From positions 1 through 64,000 of IMG/VR virus record IMGVR_UViG_2541047320_000011: DNA of 64,000 nucleotides. The stretch is one strand, 5' to 3'. Below, piece after piece: positions 60,354 through 64,000 of the stretch. Under the pieces are notes generated by a model, which made no database searches, was not told the origin of the DNA, and was given only the letters and a program-made list of their open reading frames with translations. A program made the position numbers and the translations under genes. The DNA comes from an uncultured virus (IMG/VR IMGVR_UViG_2541047320_000011) (Duplodnaviria; Heunggongvirae; Uroviricota; Caudoviricetes). Every line of letters begins with the position of its first letter. The first letter of the stretch is position 1.

Positions 60354-60731
60354 GTGGTCGTGATGGATGAAAAGATACTAGAATTATTACAGAAAATGGA
60401 TAGTAATATTACTGAAATGAAACAGGACATCAATGATTTAAAAATTGGACAGGTTGAAACTAACAACAGACTTGATAACATGGACAAGCGATTTGATAGT
60501 ATAGAAAATAGGCTTGACAGTATTGAAAAGAAACAAGATATACTATATAATCAATCTATTTCAACAGCAGAGGAAATGACTTCTATTAAAGATAACTTTG
60601 ATGTGGTTGACATTAAGTTAAATGCAATAGAAACTAGAGTAATTAAGATTAATAGAAAGCTAAATGGAGCAACCGACCAAGTCGCTAGAAATATGGAACA
60701 ATTAGAAGAAATAAAAATAAAATTACAATAA
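60354..60731 (+). CDS. Coiled-coil heptad protein, paralog of 62027..62338
   Basis: MDEKILELLQKMD...QVARNME shared; own promoter and terminator. Confidence 0.8.
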   Translation: MVVMDEKILELLQKMDSNITEMKQDINDLKIGQVETNNRLDNMDKRFDSIENRLDSIEKKQDILYNQSISTAEEMTSIKDNFDVVDIKLNAIETRVIKINRKLNGATDQVARNMEQLEEIKIKLQ

Positions 60732-60780
60732 TACATAAAAAGTACTTGACATTTTGTTAAGTACTTTTATATTTTTAATT

Positions 60781-60840
60781 TTTCCGATGACTCGCATATT
60801 GATATATATATCTATATAAGTATGCAGGTTGTCGGATTTT
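60781..60840. repeat. ~58-bp imperfect palindrome, copy 2
   Basis: tccgatgactcgcatattgatatatatatctatataagtatgcaggttgtcgga. Confidence 0.85.
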
Positions 60841-60996
60841 TTTGATATGGTTATATTATAATACATTCTACACAATATAATATATTATACAAGCTATTAT
60901 ATGCCATTTTAAGCGTATTGTAATGTGATTGCCTTATGTTTATACCTTTGTTTTAAAATCGAATATAAAAAATAAGCTAGAATATATATGTCTAGC

Positions 60997-61308
60997 TTAC
61001 AGTAATTTTTTTAATGTATTTATTTGTTCTTGTACTATTGTTTTACTTTTAGTGTCTAACTCTCTATAATTATCTAATAGTTTGACTTCTTCTTCTTCAA
61101 GTTGTACATTCTCTTTTAAATCTGTAAGACATAGTATATAATCTATACTTACATTATATATATTAGATAGCTCTTTTAATATATCTATGCTTATGTTCTG
61201 TTTTGAATTTTCCCATCTGATGATTGTTGAATCGGTTGTTTTCAATATATCTGCTAATTGTTTAGCTGTCATTCCTTTTTCTTTTCTCAATTCTTTTAAT
61301 CTATTCAT
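60997..61308 (-). CDS. XRE-family HTH repressor
   Basis: MNRLKELRKEKGMTAKQLA...IRWEN...VSIDYIL. Confidence 0.9.
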   Translation of the reverse strand: MNRLKELRKEKGMTAKQLADILKTTDSTIIRWENSKQNISIDILKELSNIYNVSIDYILCLTDLKENVQLEEEEVKLLDNYRELDTKSKTIVQEQINTLKKLL

Positions 61309-61367
61309 TTTCTCACCTCTTTATTTAATTATATCATATCATATATTTTAAAATAAAGAGTATTATA

Positions 61368-61459
61368 TTGCATAAGACGCAGTTATATAATGTTTTAATT
61401 GCGTTATTCGTGATTTTATTATTAAAACTATTGACAAACTGCGTTAAACGTCGTATAAT
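61368..61459 (+). promoter_or_regulatory. Consensus sigma-A promoter with three putative operators
   Basis: TTGACA-17-TATAAT at 61431-61459; related sites tgcataagacgca, tgcgttattcgtg and tgcgttaaacgtc, the last between -35 and -10. Confidence 0.8.
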
Positions 61460-61466
61460 TAAATCA

Positions 61467-61925
61467 TAGCAAAGGAGAACAAGAAAACACAAAGCCACCT
61501 CTCAAATGAAGTAACAGGCAAAGAACCTTCTTAAAACTCTAAAGCTAATATCTTAAAGGGTTCTATTAAAAAATATTAAACTACTATTAAAAAATTACTA
61601 CCTTTAAGTTGACCTTTTAAATGGTGTGAATGGTGAAAGGCACACAACACAAATATTACACATAGTTTTTTCTTCATTTTTTAACTACAAAAATGAATTA
61701 GTCATACCAGTTGGTGAGGTGTTCCCAACATTAAGTAAATAAAATTAATAAAGGTTTCCAATTAAAGCCTACAAAAAATTGAGGTATCAACTTAGTTGCT
61801 TCTATAATGGCACTCAATACAATTTAATATGACATAGCAGTTGTGAGGTACTGCGTTATAAAAAGTACTAAAGATTGAGCATTAAAATTATAGTTTGTAC
61901 TGCTTGACACCTACATGGTTATAAA
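61467..61925 (+). ncRNA. Candidate large structured ncRNA or leader
   Basis: No ORF in the track after a strong promoter; many helices and possible loop-loop pairings. Confidence 0.5.
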
Positions 61926-62026
61926 CTATCTAATATTTACTAGTATAATTTAAACTATTTATTAGATTATTTTAGTAAGTGTTAGAATACAACACTTAAA
62001 TTATGATATAATAATAAAATAGGAGT

Positions 62027-62338
62027 GTGAACGGCATGGATGAAAAAATATTAGAATTATTACAAAAAATGGATACTAGATTTGACAGAATCGAAAATAG
62101 ACTAGATAGTATGGATGGTCGTTTTGATGGGATTGAAAATCAACTTAGTGATTTAAAAGAAGGTCAAGAAGAAATTAAAAAGAAACTAGACTTAACTTAT
62201 AATCAAGTTGCTAGAAACATGGAAGGCATAACAGAAGTTGGAGAAAAAATAGACACTTTAAAAAATGACATGAACTTTGTAGAAATGGCTACATCTAAAA
62301 ATTGGAATGAAATAGCAAAGTTAAAATCAATTAAATAG
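62027..62338 (+). CDS. Coiled-coil heptad protein, paralog of 60354..60731
   Basis: Shared N-terminus and heptad repeats; terminator at ~62348-62377. Confidence 0.8.
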   Translation: MNGMDEKILELLQKMDTRFDRIENRLDSMDGRFDGIENQLSDLKEGQEEIKKKLDLTYNQVARNMEGITEVGEKIDTLKNDMNFVEMATSKNWNEIAKLKSIK

Positions 62339-62431
62339 TAATACATAAAAAGACACTTGAATTATTGAGTGTCTTTTCTACAAGCTCTTAGTATGGTATT
62401 ATTATAGAATAATAATATTGGAGGAGACAAA

Positions 62432-62623
62432 GTGAAATTATATCTATTAAGAGAAATAAGAGAAGAAAAAAAATACTCTCAGGAAGACGTTGCAAGAGGT
62501 ATAAACATTTCATTGCGTTCTTATGTAAGAAAAGAAAAAGGAGAACGTGAATTTTCAATATCTGAATTTGAACGATTAATAACTTTTTTGGACATTGATG
62601 CAAATACTTTATTAGAAAAATAA
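62432..62623 (+). CDS. Cro/XRE-like HTH regulator
   Basis: LREIREEKKYSQEDVARGINISLRSYVRKEKG. Confidence 0.85.
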   Translation: MKLYLLREIREEKKYSQEDVARGINISLRSYVRKEKGEREFSISEFERLITFLDIDANTLLEK

Positions 62624-62643
62624 TAAAAATTTTTACAAGAATA

Positions 62644-62738
62644 TATGACCGAATAGACTTGACAATATGGTCTTTGTGAATTATAATTAAATTAAGAAAA
62701 GGGAAAGCTTTAAATAAATATATGACCAAACGGTCATA
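62644..62738 (+). promoter_or_regulatory. ardA-operon promoter with TGACC-N4-GGTCA operators
   Basis: TTGACA-17-TATAAT; palindrome tatgaccaaacggtcata plus two degenerate copies overlapping the -35. Confidence 0.7.
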
Positions 62739-62766
62739 GAATAATATAAAAAAGGGAGGATATAAA

Positions 62767-63480
62767 ATGCTAAATATATACATAACTAATTTAGGGAAAT
62801 ATAACGAAGGTGAACTAATAGGGGAATGGGCTGAACTTCCAGTAAACGAGGAAGAATTAGAAGAAATATTAGATAGAATAGGGATAAATGAAGAATATGA
62901 GGAGTATTTCATAACAGATTTTGAAACAGATATAGAAGGGTTAGAAATAAGTGAACATAGCAATATAGAGCAACTAAATGAATTAGCAAAAGAGCTTGAA
63001 GAGTTAGAAGAATATGAGATTGAACAATTAAAGGCTTTACTTGGATGTGGATACATTGATTTTTATGACATGCTTGAAGGGGATATTTGCAGATTATCAG
63101 GTAATTATACTTTTATACAACTTGATGACAGGTCACTATTGGATGATGAAAATTTAGGACGTAGTTACATAGAAGAAATATGTTGTGGTGATTTATCTTG
63201 TATAGAAAATATTGCTTACTACTTTGACATAGAAGCATTTTCAAGAGATTTACGTTTTGATAGAGATATGATTATTGAAAATTTATACGAAGAAGATATA
63301 GAATATTATGAAAATATGACAGATATTGAATTTGCAGAGAATTATATTGAACGATTAGGAGATATTGAAGAGTTAGGTCAAGAAACACTTGAAAGATACT
63401 TTAATTATGAGCTATATGGAACTGACTTACGTTATGAGAATATTTGTATAGCATCAAATTATTTAGCTATAGTTTCTTAA
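62767..63480 (+). CDS. ardA: Antirestriction protein ArdA
   Basis: IYITNLGKYNEGELIGEW.ELP; EEYFITDFE; YFD.EAF.RDL; strongly acidic. Confidence 0.92.
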   Translation: MLNIYITNLGKYNEGELIGEWAELPVNEEELEEILDRIGINEEYEEYFITDFETDIEGLEISEHSNIEQLNELAKELEELEEYEIEQLKALLGCGYIDFYDMLEGDICRLSGNYTFIQLDDRSLLDDENLGRSYIEEICCGDLSCIENIAYYFDIEAFSRDLRFDRDMIIENLYEEDIEYYENMTDIEFAENYIERLGDIEELGQETLERYFNYELYGTDLRYENICIASNYLAIVS

Positions 63481-63546
63481 ATAAAAAGTTTTAGGGCGTT
63501 CTTTAAAAACGCCACTTCCAATAAAAAATTGAAAGGGGAATAAATC

Positions 63547-63687
63547 ATGAAAAAATTAATAATTAAGATAAAATCATTGTTTAAAAAGGATTTAGATAGT
63601 AGCTATTGGAGTACTACAGAAAGTATTATTTTAAAATGTGGAAACAGCAATCAATTAGAATTATTGAAACAAGCTAATAAATTATAA
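63547..63687 (+). CDS. 46-aa early-region protein
   Basis: RBS AAAGGGGA; MKKLIIKIKSLFKKDLDSSYWSTTESIILKCG... Confidence 0.6.
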   Translation: MKKLIIKIKSLFKKDLDSSYWSTTESIILKCGNSNQLELLKQANKL

Positions 63688-63699
63688 GGAGGTAATAAC

Positions 63700-63936
63700 A
63701 TGATAAATTATTCTGAATATATGACGGCAACAGATTTAATAAATATATGTGACCTTTTAGAAGGTAAAATAATAGGAGAAGCAGGAACTTATAATTCTTT
63801 AAGTACTAGACTAGGAAACTTAATCGGATTAGATTGGGCTTTAAAAGGAGAAGAATTGAGACAGCAATTAATACAAAATATTAATAATATGATGTATTTA
63901 GATAATAAAAATAAAATGCAATATAAAGAATTTTAA
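63700..63936 (+). CDS. Hypothetical early protein
   Basis: RBS AAGGAGGT; 78 aa. Confidence 0.75.
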   Translation: MINYSEYMTATDLINICDLLEGKIIGEAGTYNSLSTRLGNLIGLDWALKGEELRQQLIQNINNMMYLDNKNKMQYKEF

Positions 63937-64000
63937 ATAAAAAATAATTAATTTATAGGAGGAAAATAAAATGAATAAAATAATCGTATTTTATGATATA

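Noticed and set aside
62388..63056. 222-aa minus-strand ORF and the many plus-strand ORFs overlapping structural genes (e.g. 14996, 19244, 22696, 39076)
   Set aside because: Antisense shadows of real genes with Ser/Phe/Leu/Ile-rich composition and no RBS

Overview
AT-rich 64 kb segment of a large temperate Clostridia siphophage. Gene content resembles the phiCD211/phiCD5763-like plasmid-prophages of Clostridioides difficile and the head-gene order is SPbeta-like; both assignments are inference from recalled gene content, not a database search. Nearly all genes from 56 kb leftwards are on the minus strand: HU and regulators, two tRNAs (Ser-GCT and the rare Ile-TAT), terminase, portal, capsid and tail genes, a ~12 kb accessory island (BRO-N proteins, orphan LytTR regulator, fused R-M-S enzyme, SHOCT protein), the tape measure gene, type I toxin-antitoxin modules, and baseplate/RCC1 tail proteins. 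The right end holds a plasmid-type origin with rep genes, a ParM/RHH partition locus, a repressor region and ardA. Main discoveries: (1) the tape measure gene is split by five ORF-less group I introns. Six exons (1305, 168, 27, 362, 57, 6184 nt) splice into one 2700-aa frame, and two introns have a variant P7. (2) A ~295-nt structured RNA carrying a phased 7-nt repeat array sits directly behind a 205-aa coiled-coil gene, a candidate protein+RNA system. (3) A ~480-nt ornate ncRNA candidate lies under the repressor-proximal promoter. (4) Smaller signals include an orphan type I antitoxin, three probable AUA-initiated genes, a perfect Fur box and several repeated motifs.
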